Source: Diadema antillarum (taxonomy: Eukaryota). Taken from it: DNA of 64,000 nt. Below are positions 11,136-23,369 of the stretch, one piece after another (position 1 is the first letter of the stretch; every line of letters begins with the position of its first letter). Position numbers and translations under genes: made by a program. Below the pieces are notes generated by a model. The model did not search any database and was not told where the DNA came from. It saw only the letters and a list, made by a program, of their open reading frames with translations. The stretch is taken from positions 1-64,000 of the forward strand of contig NW_027272433.1 of assembly GCF_040938485.1 (NCBI RefSeq). The letters are read 5' to 3'.

Positions 11136-13926
11136 CAGTGTAGATGTGTATTGCTGGTTTTGTGAGTGTGTTTGCTTTTTTTTTTCCTGCCACCACAAGT
11201 CATGTTAACATTATGAAATTGTTTTTATGAGTTATATGTACTGTACATACAGAAGAAGCAAAATTGCATTAGATTTTTGCCAAGACTTCATTTTTCCTTG
11301 TCAGTATTGAGATGATTAACGTCACAATTAACTCAGTAAGGATAGGAATGTTGAATGATAGTTTGTGGCAAGAAGTACGGAAATGATTAAAAGACTGGTT
11401 GCCTGAAATGGCAAGAGTTAAAGGTCAAGGTCAACAAAGGTTGGTGAAGTTAAAACTATTTGCCATAAATTCCTCTGGGTAGGTGTAATGACAATGTTAA
11501 GTGGTGTAATGAACAGGACAAAATTAATAGAGAACTACATGTATCTCCTTTGTAAAGGGAGAGTTAAAGGTCAAACATTGGTGAAGAAAAAGATCAAGAC
11601 ATGAGTGAAGTATCAGGTATATTAATTACGTGAGAAGCAGAGGCATCCCAGTCAACTGCGTGCTGCAGCCAAATGACTCTAATCGTGTGTTTGATTGTAG
11701 CGATGAATGGATGTAATGTTCCATTCTGATGCCCAAAAAGGATTCGCTGTAATGTTTTAAGGCCGTGCTGACCCTTGCTGTGCTTTGGCACACACACTGG
11801 AGTGAATATTTAGCTGATTGCTAGAGGAATGTGGATACTAATTGTCAATGAATTGAGATACGTTACCCCCCTATCAAATCAGTATTGTGTCACCATGGCC
11901 ACTTGTTGGCCAGAAGAACATTGCTACACCTGTGTGGGCTTACTTATCAACAACTAGGTCAAGTTTTGGTGAATTACTGAATACTGATCAAATGGCTAGT
12001 TAGGCTAAGTGACCGAGTGCAAAACGATAGGTACAGTTAGGGATCATGTTGTGTCTGTGGTAGATGCTGAACCAGTCTCTTACCAACAGGATGTCTTGAG
12101 GAAAATGTTTGATGTGGAGAGCCACCATCCTAAGCAGCTGATTGATCTGCAGCGTGCCATGTCAGAATTCCTTTGCAACGTACACTTATCCCTGGGTGTA
12201 GGTAACGGCCCAACGGCCAGGGGGGCAAACGTGACAGGTGGTTGTTATGGACAGTTGACCACTCCAGACAGGATGGTGGCCCGTTTGAGTTCATTGTACA
12301 ATATCTTTCACAGGCATTACACGCATGCCTCCTGGTCTCATGGGAGTGCAAGAGAGCATAAGATGTCACTTACTGTCGTGTCATCGTGAAAAGATGTTTG
12401 CAAAAAGTGTTTCTTACTTGAAAAGTTTTCTTAGGCGGAAGAAATTACTTCTTACAGGCAAAAGGAATTCACTTGCCTATGTTCCATTCATCTTCAACTT
12501 CTCTTGCAGTGTACCTCAAGTTACAATTATGTTAGCTCTTGATGACAGAAGAGAGAGGGAGATGAGAAAAAAGTGTCACGGGGAACTTTTGGCATGAAGT
12601 AATAAAGTGCCATGACAGACAGTTCTGCCACTGGAGTTTGTTGGTACTATACACAGTGAAATGATAAAGCTGACATGAAACAAAGTACATGTAGGCGGCC
12701 ACTGTACAGGAAGTCTGTACACATGATTTCTCCCCAGACACTTTGTAGTGTGGCTGCGTGATACAGATGACTGCTACAAGCAGTGGTACTAGGACAGATC
12801 CAAGGGTGCACAGGAGGTGTGGACGTTATTCACAAGTGGTTTAATTCCTCTTGGATATTCAGATATAGGCCTTTGGGTTAAGTAAAATGTTTTATTGGAA
12901 TATTTTCTTTATGTTCTATCACATTTTTTTTCTTTGTTTGAAAACAAAATGGCAGATTGATATTTCAGTGAGGAAGTGGGAATCATCACACAAGAGAGTT
13001 TAAGAGAGGACACTAGTAAGTTCCAGTGGGATAAAAGTCTAGGTGTAGTTCATTAGCTACTACAGTCAACAAATCACGGACAACGTAGCCTCATAGGATC
13101 TTGATGGTACGATTTTACAGAACCACAAAACCGGAAGTACACGTCCCAAGAGTGATCGATCAGATATCGGTATCGCCAGGTGATATCGCTTGATATCGGC
13201 TGTATGCAATAGGGAGAATTCAGTGTGTGGAATTCATTCAATGCATAGAATCCAGATAATGTGGGAATCCATTCTATGCTTGTATCAAGTATGTGACGCT
13301 GTCATTAGTTTTCACACCCAACAGTTTGCCAACAAATATGACAGGTTTTTGTTAATGGTTGCCTCATTTGCTAACAGGCTATAATCATGCTTTTCAACAT
13401 TTGTTCACTGACACATGCAATTCACGTTTTATAATTGTTTATGTTTGTGGTAAACAATCTTGGTAAACATACTATTGGTATATCAATCTCTTATTTGTAC
13501 ACTTTTTATGTTTCTGTTTTGATAGCTTTTGAAAATCAAGACGATACTAGTTTGTATTTTCATGATACAGCAGTCCTGCTGGTAGTTAGATATTGTTTTC
13601 TGTTTGTATTACGATGAACTCAGAATTCAATGTTGACAGTGCAATATTATTCCTGTGAATAAAAGGGAACTCAAACCTCTTAGATCGGAACTCAGCATCT
13701 TGTGCAATAATTCAAGTTTTTGTTTGTATTGACAGTGGATATGAGTGACAAGGAGATATATTCTGCTATATGATAACAGACTATGTTGTCTCTGCATTAA
13801 AACTGAAGCATTATAAAAGTCTATTTTCTTCTCTTGTTCAATTGAACTGAAGGAGGGCTAGCCATTTGGCTTGGAGGTGATCAATGTAGATTTGTCTTTT
13901 ATTTGAATTCAAATGCCCAGTGATGC

Positions 13927-13957
<31 letters not shown>

Positions 13958-14225
13958 GTGTTGTGTTTTGTTTCATCTGCGCCCTTCACAAGGATAGCAT
14001 TATGATATCTTCAAAGGGATGTTGTGTTTCATCCTGATGATCGCTTCAGATATATATGTCCTGTGACCTGTTACTGAAGTGTCTGTGATTTTGTTTTTTA
14101 AATGGTCAGGTAAAGTACTGGCAAAATTCATCATGTTCTAGGGTAGGTATAATCAGGAATAACCACTGCCCCCCCCCCCCCCCCCCCAGAAAAAAGATAA
14201 ACTTCATGTAAGTCGTTACGCAAAA

Positions 14226-14956
14226 CCATGGACCTACTACACTATGGACCATGAACGGAGGTCTTTCTTTGATCCAGTGTTCACCACCGCCACCTGATTA
14301 TGTGCATCTTAATGAGTACATTCAGACGTTTGGACAATGACGATTGTGTAATCGTGCATCATCACTGACAAAAGAACCCGGTTTCCCTCATTTCGGTCCT
14401 ATTTGGCTGAGGTGCCTTTTCAGACTCAACTGCCTCTGAATAAACACCAATGATGGGGAGCACCAAACGTGAAACAAGGACAAATTTTGCGTCACAAAAT
14501 TGGTCATTACTGAAGCGGCCACTTGCGGCCATGCATGTAACATCCCTGAATGGCAAGACAAGCATGTCGTCTACTGTCACTGCCCATGTTTACTCTGAAA
14601 CAGTGTGCGACAAATGGGGAAAAATAGATTACAAATCACAGTCAATCTGCTTAATTATTTGCTTTTTCTTGTAAAGTACTTGCATTTCGCAATGAAATTG
14701 CTTTATCGATGATTTCGCAATATACACTACAACTGCACTTGCATTTTTCTTGATTTAAGAGAGTTATTATCTTCTGCGCACGTAGTTTTTAGATTTCTCA
14801 AAGCGCCGTCTTGTTTTTATCCAGGCTGGCTGTCGGTGGACAACACTGGATCAAAGCAGGAAAGCATGTTCAATATGTTTTTGTGACGCTTTTGACAGAA
14901 ACAGGTGAACGAATTAATTAACGAGCAATGAATGTCCATGTGTAGTAGGTCCATGG
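14226..14956. mobile_element. Unclassified foldback element
   Basis: CCATGGACCTACTACA ... TGTAGTAGGTCCATGG plus subterminal inverted repeat tttgatccagtgtt / aacactggatcaaa. Confidence 0.7.
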
Positions 14957-15869
14957 GAAAACATACGCACACACATATACACACACAAAAAAAAATCAGT
15001 CATGATACTCGAAAACTGGATAGCTATATTTAGGTGAGTAAATGAATTAAATGACGAGTAAATACTATATAAATGAATAAAATGCCAATACAGTTACAAA
15101 TTGGTTTGTGTTCATACACGGCTAGATCACTGATCTCCTAAAATAAATGCAAGATTAGTAGGCTAGATAGCAGTTTGTAATCACCATGACAAAAGAGGTA
15201 GAGTAGTGCTCATTATTGCCTTTGCCTTATTGTCGATCTTTTGTGTTCATGTGTTCTGCTAATGAATGATTATTCATGAAATTGACAAATAGTTACGTCA
15301 AAGACGTCTTAACTAATAGTAATTTGTAATTCAGCTTTCCAGTCTAAATTCGTTCATGAAAGGTCATTTCGAGACGTATCTTGGGGCAGTATATCCAGAT
15401 TGCAAGTGATTTTGTAATGGTCTCTTCCACTGATGCTGCATAGTGTCTACGTAGAGAAGAATGCTACTAATCTTTCACTCCCGTTTATGTGTTAAATTTT
15501 TCTTTTGCACTTTTTTTACATCATTTTGCAGGTCACAGGCCGCTCTTCATTTGCCTTCTAAATCTACCATTCTTTTGTTCGTAGCAGCTTGCCATTTGTT
15601 TACACGATAACGATCTCTCACGCGAGAACATCTTATAAATAATGCATACCCTTGACGGGTGAACGGAAGAAAATATGATCCACAATTACACGATTCTAAC
15701 TAGCCAACCACCAACCAGTACTGTATTATGTAATATGCAGTTAATGAAATAGTCCAACTTATTGCAAGCTCGCCTTTTGACAAGGCCCCTCACTGTATGA
15801 TGGCTACAACGGGCTAGCCCCCATTCGTTCGCCATCATTCAGCGAGAGGGCCGTGGCAAAAGGCTAAGC

Positions 15870-16613
15870 TTAACGCTATTTTAACTGGCGGGTCACGATT
15901 CCGCAACGCGCAAAGATTTCGCCTCGTCGTTTCAAGACTTTTAATTGAAGTCTCCCGCATATTTTGAGACCAAATTTGCGGCGTCCGAGTACACCGTTCT
16001 GAAGTTACGTGATGTTCTGCATAGGCTATGCATGTCAACCCGAAAACAGCTCAAATTCATGATATCATGTGCAAATCCAATGCAAATTGTGTTTTTTGGT
16101 TAAATTAATACAAATTAGATTATTTCAACTTTTAAGCATTGAAATTGATAGATTCTAGTGTAGATAAGCTTGAAAAAGTGCCTGCAACAACTTTTCGCCA
16201 AGAAACAACGGAAAACTAAAGGTCGAAAAACAATGAAATACATAAGAAATTAACAAAACAATGAAAAACAAAAGAAATCGATTTTGATTGTGCTATTTTT
16301 TTACAAGAAAATTTTTTGATGTGTCTTGAGGAACTCTGACACAAGAATTTAGCAATCCTGTCTTTTTAATGGAGTTATAGGTGAAAATATGATTTCATGC
16401 ATAAATTTACACAATTAATTTATTAAAAATAGAAAGCCAATATTTTTCTATTCTATGACCATGTAATCTTGTAGTTGACATCCGGCTCTATCTTTAGGCA
16501 AAATTTTGCGGCGATCGCGAGATCGGCGGCCGAAATCTGAAGGGGGGGGGGGGGTCAAATTAACCCCCCAAGTAAAAACTTGGTCTCAAATAGCTTAGTT
16601 AACATAGGGTTAA
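15870..16613. mobile_element. piggyBac-type non-autonomous element
   Basis: ttaacgctattttaact ... agttaacatagggttaa; subterminal GGGGGGGTCAAATTAACCCC; no transposase ORF. Confidence 0.65.
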
Positions 16614-16770
16614 GTCGACTTCGCACATGTCGAAAAATTGTATAAGTTGAAGAAAAAATTCTATTCCGAATGGATGTAAACGAGTTAACTATGTTGTGCG
16701 AATCGAAATTCGTGTAAGACGAAGGATTTTCTCAGGTCCCTTTGGATTCGCCGGATGCGAGGTTGACTGA
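16614..16770. mobile_element. Tigger/pogo-like MITE end fragment
   Basis: Ends ggtccctttggattcg...cgaggttgactg, a pogo-like terminus; the partner end was not found. Confidence 0.4.
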
Positions 16771-16815
16771 TGTATGAAGAGGGAGAGACGATGACAGTGA
16801 AACCAGCTCATTCCA

Positions 16816-17282
16816 TTAAAGGAGACCTCCGGATGATTTTTACATTTTTACATTTGATCAACTATAAATTAGTTATACTGAGGACAGAGTTTCAGAATTT
16901 GAGATAATTAGGATGAAGAATAAGAATATTTTCAAAATTTAGAACAAATTGCAATGAACAAGGATGATGACATGGCAGAGTCACCATAAGAATGCATGAG
17001 TTGGGGCTCAAGGGAGCAGAACAAAAGAAGAAGGCATGCATAGATTATACACAGGTGAACTCGTAAGCAAGCGGTTTTGTAAAGGAATTACACTGCTACA
17101 TTTCTGAAATATGTGAACCTCCTATGTCATCATCTTTGTTCAGTGTAATTTGTTTAAGATTTTTCAAAGTATTGTTTCTCTGCTCAAGAACCACAATAAA
17201 TTCCACAAATCTATAAATGGAGTTGTCGATTTATGTACTACATAATGTGAAATTATAAAAATCGTCTGGAATGTCCCTTTAA
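16816..17282. mobile_element. Kolobok/T2-type MITE, another family
   Basis: TTAAAGGAGACCTCCGGATG ... CGTCTGGAATGTCCCTTTAA. Confidence 0.7.
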
Positions 17283-17366
17283 CAACAATGACAACAACAG
17301 CAGCAACAACAACACAGAAAAAAAAAAGACGTGACGCGGTGCTAGTACATGTAAAAATTTCTTCCC

Positions 17367-17372
17367 TTTATT
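17367..17372 (-). terminator. Candidate polyadenylation signal for the SLC6 gene
   Basis: TTTATT on + (AATAAA on -), about 2.8 kb past the stop; one of several possible sites. Confidence 0.3.
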
Positions 17373-20200
17373 AATTTGTCGTTCACGTTAAGTGCACAAT
17401 TTCACTGTACAGATACAAACGTCTTGTATAAAATAAGGGCAATTCTTGCTTACATACATTTTTACATTTCGTCACATACAGTGTGACATTTCCACGTCAA
17501 AAACGAACCATGAAACTTCTACTTTGACGACCACTGAAACTTCATCGCACTACCTGTATGATACAAAAAAAGTTTGATCACACACTCTTCAAATATGAAT
17601 GATTTGATGAAAACCATGTAGGCCTATACATGTTCATGGACAACATGTTTTAAAAATCGCCTGAATTTGCAATATATATGGGCACTTTTGAATTATCATT
17701 TTCCACCCAGAATTCACTATACAGCAGGGAAAGGGCTAACAAAAAGCGTGACAAAGAAACAACTTTGAAGTTGTCAATATTTCCCTCGGAGAGAGAGACA
17801 CGCTATTAAAGCAAGTTACCAGCGCGCAATGGCATGCGTAATTGGATTTTAAGGTGTGTGCTTGTGTGTGTAAGAAAGAACAAAATAACGGCATGATGTA
17901 TGTTGCGACATGCAATGTGACATTAGATCATACCCGTATTGACGTGCTGTTCTCAAAACGATAAAGTTAATGTTAGTCCAATGTCCGTAGCCGTGTATCG
18001 TGTCAATTCACTAATTTTGGCACTCGTATAAATTCACAGGAACAATAGAAAGTAATGTTAGGACCAGCATTATAAAGACATACAGTTAATAGATTCTTGA
18101 ATTGAATGTTCACGAAATATATGCAAATTGACTTTAAAATGTTTTAAAACACCAACATAAGATATGAAACATATTCATAGTAAAAAGAAAGGTAAACGAA
18201 AAACTACAGTACATGCATAACGAAATTTATCTTATCATGGTACACCATGTCCATAAATATGTGTCTAAACTTGGAAAAAGGCACAAGAAAATGATTATCA
18301 TATTCCAAACCCACGAGAAATGCTACTACATGGAATGGTGAGATCTGTCCGAAAAGCGTAACATCAGTGACTCTTACAGTAAAAACGGAAAAGGGTAGGT
18401 CATAGTCATAATCTTAAAACAAATATCGCACTCCTACTCCCCATTCTCACAGCCCACCTTTGGATGTCATCGACTGAATAATGACAGAGGCAAGAAATTG
18501 TTTCTGTTTCATGTTACATACGTATGTGTTAGTACTTGGAATGGTGAAGGTCTATATATATTGTTTTAATGATATATTTTGCCTACGCTACATAATTATC
18601 AAATAGTTACTAAATATATCCCAAATGAGAATGCATTCATTTAGCGCTTTCAACAATGTGCATGAATTAATTTTATGTGTATCAAATATATTTCTAGTTT
18701 TCTAATATGAAAATATCACGTGCATCGAGTTCCCCTTCAATTTATGTATAGATGCATGATTTGGGTGCAGAAAAGGCACAAAAGAATGACGGGCACAAAT
18801 GACTACTGTATATAAGCAGAGGACAATTTGGTTCGGTTGACAGGGCCGTGGAAAAGCAATAGTTACCTGCCAAATCTGTATAAAAAAACTTCATGTGTCC
18901 TCAATAGTACTACCTGATGATAATCTTTTAGAACAATATATGTATCAACAGAACATTGGAGTAGACTGTATTTACAAGTCATCGACCAGCCCCGTCTTAT
19001 TACTCACAGGAAAAATGAAGTGCAGACGTTGGTTGGGGCGACTCAATTTCTGCTGACAAGGGCTTTAAATCAAGAATGAAGATTAGAATCCTGTATTTAA
19101 TTTTTAAAAAGTGCTAATTATACTGAGACGTTAGATGAGGTTTGCGATGCGCTTAGAGTTGTCAAAAAAACAAACGTTATTTGCAAATCATGGAATCATT
19201 TTTTGAATCGATCAATGTTGATTTACAATATGACTCCGTATTTTCCACAACCTTTTCTTGAAAGACAATTTTCAAGGCAGTAGTCTTATTTCTGTATAAA
19301 GGCCATAACCTTCCAAACTAGCACAACGCCAATGGGGTGGTGATACGTAATTACAAAGGGTAATAAGCAACAAACGAACAAACAAAATAAAACTCCAACG
19401 CTTTCCAGTTTAGAAAGCTCTCTTTGCAAAAAAGACTCGCGTTACAATTATTTAGAGACAGTAAAGCAGCCATCATCCAAAAATGAGTCTTGTTCCTGTG
19501 TAAATAAAGGAAATGTCACTAATCTTTTTAAAAAGAAATCCAGATTAAGATAAAACTGAAGCCAGATAAAGCTGAAATGCATTCTGGGTGATATGTTCTA
19601 ATGCATATGCACAATGTTCGTAAAAGTCATGGCATAGTATGGAAAGCACTTCGTAACGATCACGGATAAACACATTAGCCCATCAACTCCTAGGGCTAAA
19701 TTACCCTGATATGCATCTAAGGCAACCATAACCAGACGAAAGACATGATATATGAGAAAACAAAATAAAAAACATTTTGGTACTACATTTTTGTTTTAAA
19801 AATACCCTGTAATCCACTCCGGTACCAGAAAAAAACTGGAGTTGGAGTATTCACGTAGAGGCACCTCGTTTCCTATATATAAAATTCCTTTTTTTGGCCA
19901 ATATTTGTTGAAAGACGTTGTTTCTTGCCCCCATCCCATCTAATGTTCGCGAAGACCATTGATATCTGAGGAGAAGTTCATTATATACACACTGGATAGC
20001 GAGGTGCGATGTGGACGCAAGATGGTGGCCATCACGCCAGTACTCTGGATTCGATGAGAGCTTGAATAGTTTGAGATTTCTATATCAACCATATTTTGTG
20101 TAGGATCACAACGTGCGGATAATCAATATTGAAAGGGAATGTATCCGCTCCGTGAAGGTTATTTTTGTGACAGGTCCATCCACTCTACTGTTGGTGTGAC

Positions 20201-20506
20201 CTAGACTATTCTGGACTCGGAATTCCTTTTAGCGTCGATGCTTGCGTCTCCGTTCCTCTCTCTTCGTCGTGGTCGTCCATCGTCGCCTCCTCCTCCACCT
20301 ACAGCGTCGATGATCACTTCCTCATTCTCCTCCTCCTCGTCGTCGAGCTGGATGTCGCCCGGGTACCAGCGGCGACCGCTGCCGTCGATGTCGAGCCGTC
20401 CGCCCATCGTGGTGCCGTTCTTATGGTGGACCTTCCAGGCCTCCAGGCGGAACTTACTCAGGGCGGGTCCCCACACGTCCTCGGGGTTGGATATCAGGTC
20501 CCAACG
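20201..20506 (-). CDS. SLC6 terminal exon, cytoplasmic tail
   Basis: ccacag|CGT; [16 protein letters not shown]...DDEEEENEE...GGGGG...SESRIV then TAG; WGP motif typical of SLC6 C-tails. Confidence 0.9.
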   Translation of the reverse strand, partial: RWDLISNPEDVWGPALSKFRLEAWKVHHKNGTTMGGRLDIDGSGRRWYPGDIQLDDEEEENEEVIIDAVGGGGGDDGRPRRRERNGDASIDAKRNSESRIV

Positions 20507-23328
20507 CTGTGGATATTTTTTTTCCCAAGAAAGTTGTGATTGAAAACATTAATTACTGTTCCTTCTATCATTTGTCGTATCAACAATATCACCATTATCA
20601 TTGCCACTTGAGTTATGATTGGTATCATCTTATTACATGTACTGCAAAATAAGAAATGATGATATTGATGATGGTAATANNNNNNNNNNNNNNNNNNNNN
20701 NNNNNNNNNNNNNNNNNNNNNNNNNNNNNNNNNNNNNNNNNNNNNNNNNNNNNNNNNNNNNNNNNNNNNNNNNNNNNNNNNNNNNNNNNNNNNNNNNNNN
20801 NNNNNNNNNNNNNNNNNNNNNNNNNNAACGTCCATCATCATCATCATCATCATCGTCATCGTTTCATATTTCACATAAAGCAAAATTCCGAACAAGCCTC
20901 TAGTATAGAGAAGAGAAAATGAAATAAGACAAAAAATGAAATATATTACGCTATACATCTTGGCAGTTATGATTGACAACATTCCTTTTTTTTTCAAATG
21001 GAACTGACGTACGGTATGGTCCCAAACCAAATAAAGGAAACCATGCACATAGAATTAGGTCCCAAAGGGTACCTGTCATCATTTTCCCTAAGAGAATCTA
21101 TAGCTTTAGATCACTGGAAAGCGATTTGAAAGGATGGATTACAACGTCAATCGTCAGGGCAACTCCGAATACGTAAGACAAACAAACCAACAAACAAACA
21201 AGAACAAACAATGGCAAAGACGGAATCAATTATATACACAGTTGTTGTCGTTGTCGTCCTCACCTCCCACAGCGAGCCCGGTGTCATGACGAACTCGTAG
21301 ATGATGACGACGGGGATCCAAATGAGCGAGCAGAGGGTGATCAGCCAGCCGACTGCCACGGCCCAAGTCGGGAAGGGCCCGTTGTAGCTCGGCTCCTCCC
21401 AGTTCAAGAAGTTGAACATCAGCACGAACTGAGGGATAAAAAAAAACAGTAACAAAAGAGGCGATAAAGTTATTGAAGACGCCGTTGGCAAATCATACAG
21501 TATGCATCAATCCTGGTTCACTAAGAATGGCAGTATGCAATTGAAATGAAGAAACGATCATTGACAATAAATAATGATTATAGCGCTGACACAACAAACA
21601 AAAGTAGTGAAAAAAAAACAAATACGCAAACTTGGGAACACAGAAGAACATTCTTATTCTGTCGTTTATCATCCTTTCAGTGTGTCACATTTCCTGTGTG
21701 TTCTTCCCATCTAATTTTGCTGTTTTGCTGTATACATTGTATGTTATATTTTTTTCTGGCTTGGTAAATCTCAGAGCGTCCGTTTCCTGCTAAAAGAACA
21801 AACAAACCAAGAAAGGAAAAAAATGAGGACCCCTTTTCGGTCCCACAGAACAATGTTGAATGAAATTGTCATGCTCTAAAATTGTTTTTTATCTTACTTT
21901 TGATAAATGCTCATAGCCAATGAAAACAAACACACATCAATGAAACTTCGCTGAAGTCTGATTGGGAAATTAACGAAAGAGATCTGACCACAGAAAGTCA
22001 AGTATATAGTATGCAAATTAGCTACAAACTGACCAACATAAGGGCCGGGGTGAAGGCGGCCCAGTTCATGGGCCACCACATGAAGGACCAATGGCCGATC
22101 CACTTATCGCCGCACATCGTCCGAATGTCGTTGACCAGCCGCTTGACCCCGTAGATCCAGGCCAGAGCCACGCACTCGAGCAGGGCGTAAACGAGGTAGT
22201 TGAAGAAGGCTCCATAGCTGTCCAGGTGAGATACCCAGTAGCTCCCCGTCTAGAGTTTTTGTTTTTGGAGCGAATAAAAGAAAAACGTCAACCTTATCAT
22301 CTCAATCCGTTAATATTTCAGAATTGTCTTTCGAATCACATCAAATTCTTAAAGGGCGTGTACAGTTCTGGTCGAGGTGAGGATTTAGCTTTTAACGTTT
22401 TGTGAGATATTCAGAAACCATTCTATGAGATGTCAAAGAGCATGTAATTCTAAGGGGCATCAAAAGTTTATTTGATGAAAATCGGTTTTGGAATGGCTGA
22501 GATATCCAAAAACAAGGTGAAACAAAGAGATCTTAATTAAAGGCGTGGCCTGTCGCCTTTTATTATTATCAATTTTTTAGATATCTCAGCCATTTGAAAA
22601 CCAATTTCTTCAAATAAACATTGAATCCTTCTTGAAATTACATGCTCTTTCATATTTCATAAAAGGCTTCTCATTATCTCACTTAGGAATGTTCAAAACA
22701 TGAATCCCCATCTCAACCAGTACTGTACAGTCCCTTTAAGACTCGTCTTGCTAGAACACATAATGATTCTCGTATCTCACCAGCCGTCCAGAATACAGTG
22801 CACTCCGTCATAACGAAGTCCTCGGTACCGGCGATTTTCCCCGTTATATCGAAATGTTGTTATAACCGAACAGTAAAGTTTTTACAGATATGATATAAGA
22901 TGATAATTTTGGGATCTGAATCGTTACCTCGTTGTGATGAGAATTTTGTTATAACCGTGTTTGTTATAACGGGAATGTGCTGTATCTGTTGTAGGCGACA
23001 TCCTTGATAATACACAATTTTGGCCAGTGATATGAATCGACATACCTCTTACATGCCATTCTTTTTCATCTCTTCTCTGTTTATCTTTTCTTTCTCTCTG
23101 ATTTTCGTGTTTTCGTTTCTTTTTGTTCTTCCATTTTGTTTTTGTTTTCTTGGGGGGGGGGGGGGGAGGGGAGGGGGCACAAACACAACCCCGCCGTTAG
23201 TGGTAAGTGGTGAAGGTCTGACAATTTAGACCATTCATTATAGTTTGTCATCATTATCCTATTCCCACCCCTCCTTCTCCTCCTCTTCCTTCTCTCCCTC
23301 CTTTTCCTCCCCATTTTCCTCCTCTTCC

Positions 23329-23369
<41 letters not shown>

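Noticed and set aside
12009-12389. 126-aa ORF downstream of SIN1
   Set aside because: Non-ATG start, no recognisable motif and no coding-like bias; I could not link it to a transposase or RT. A protein database search would settle it.
20201-20215. Class I PDZ-binding motif at the SLC6 C-terminus (SRIV)
   Set aside because: Position -2 is Arg, not Ser/Thr
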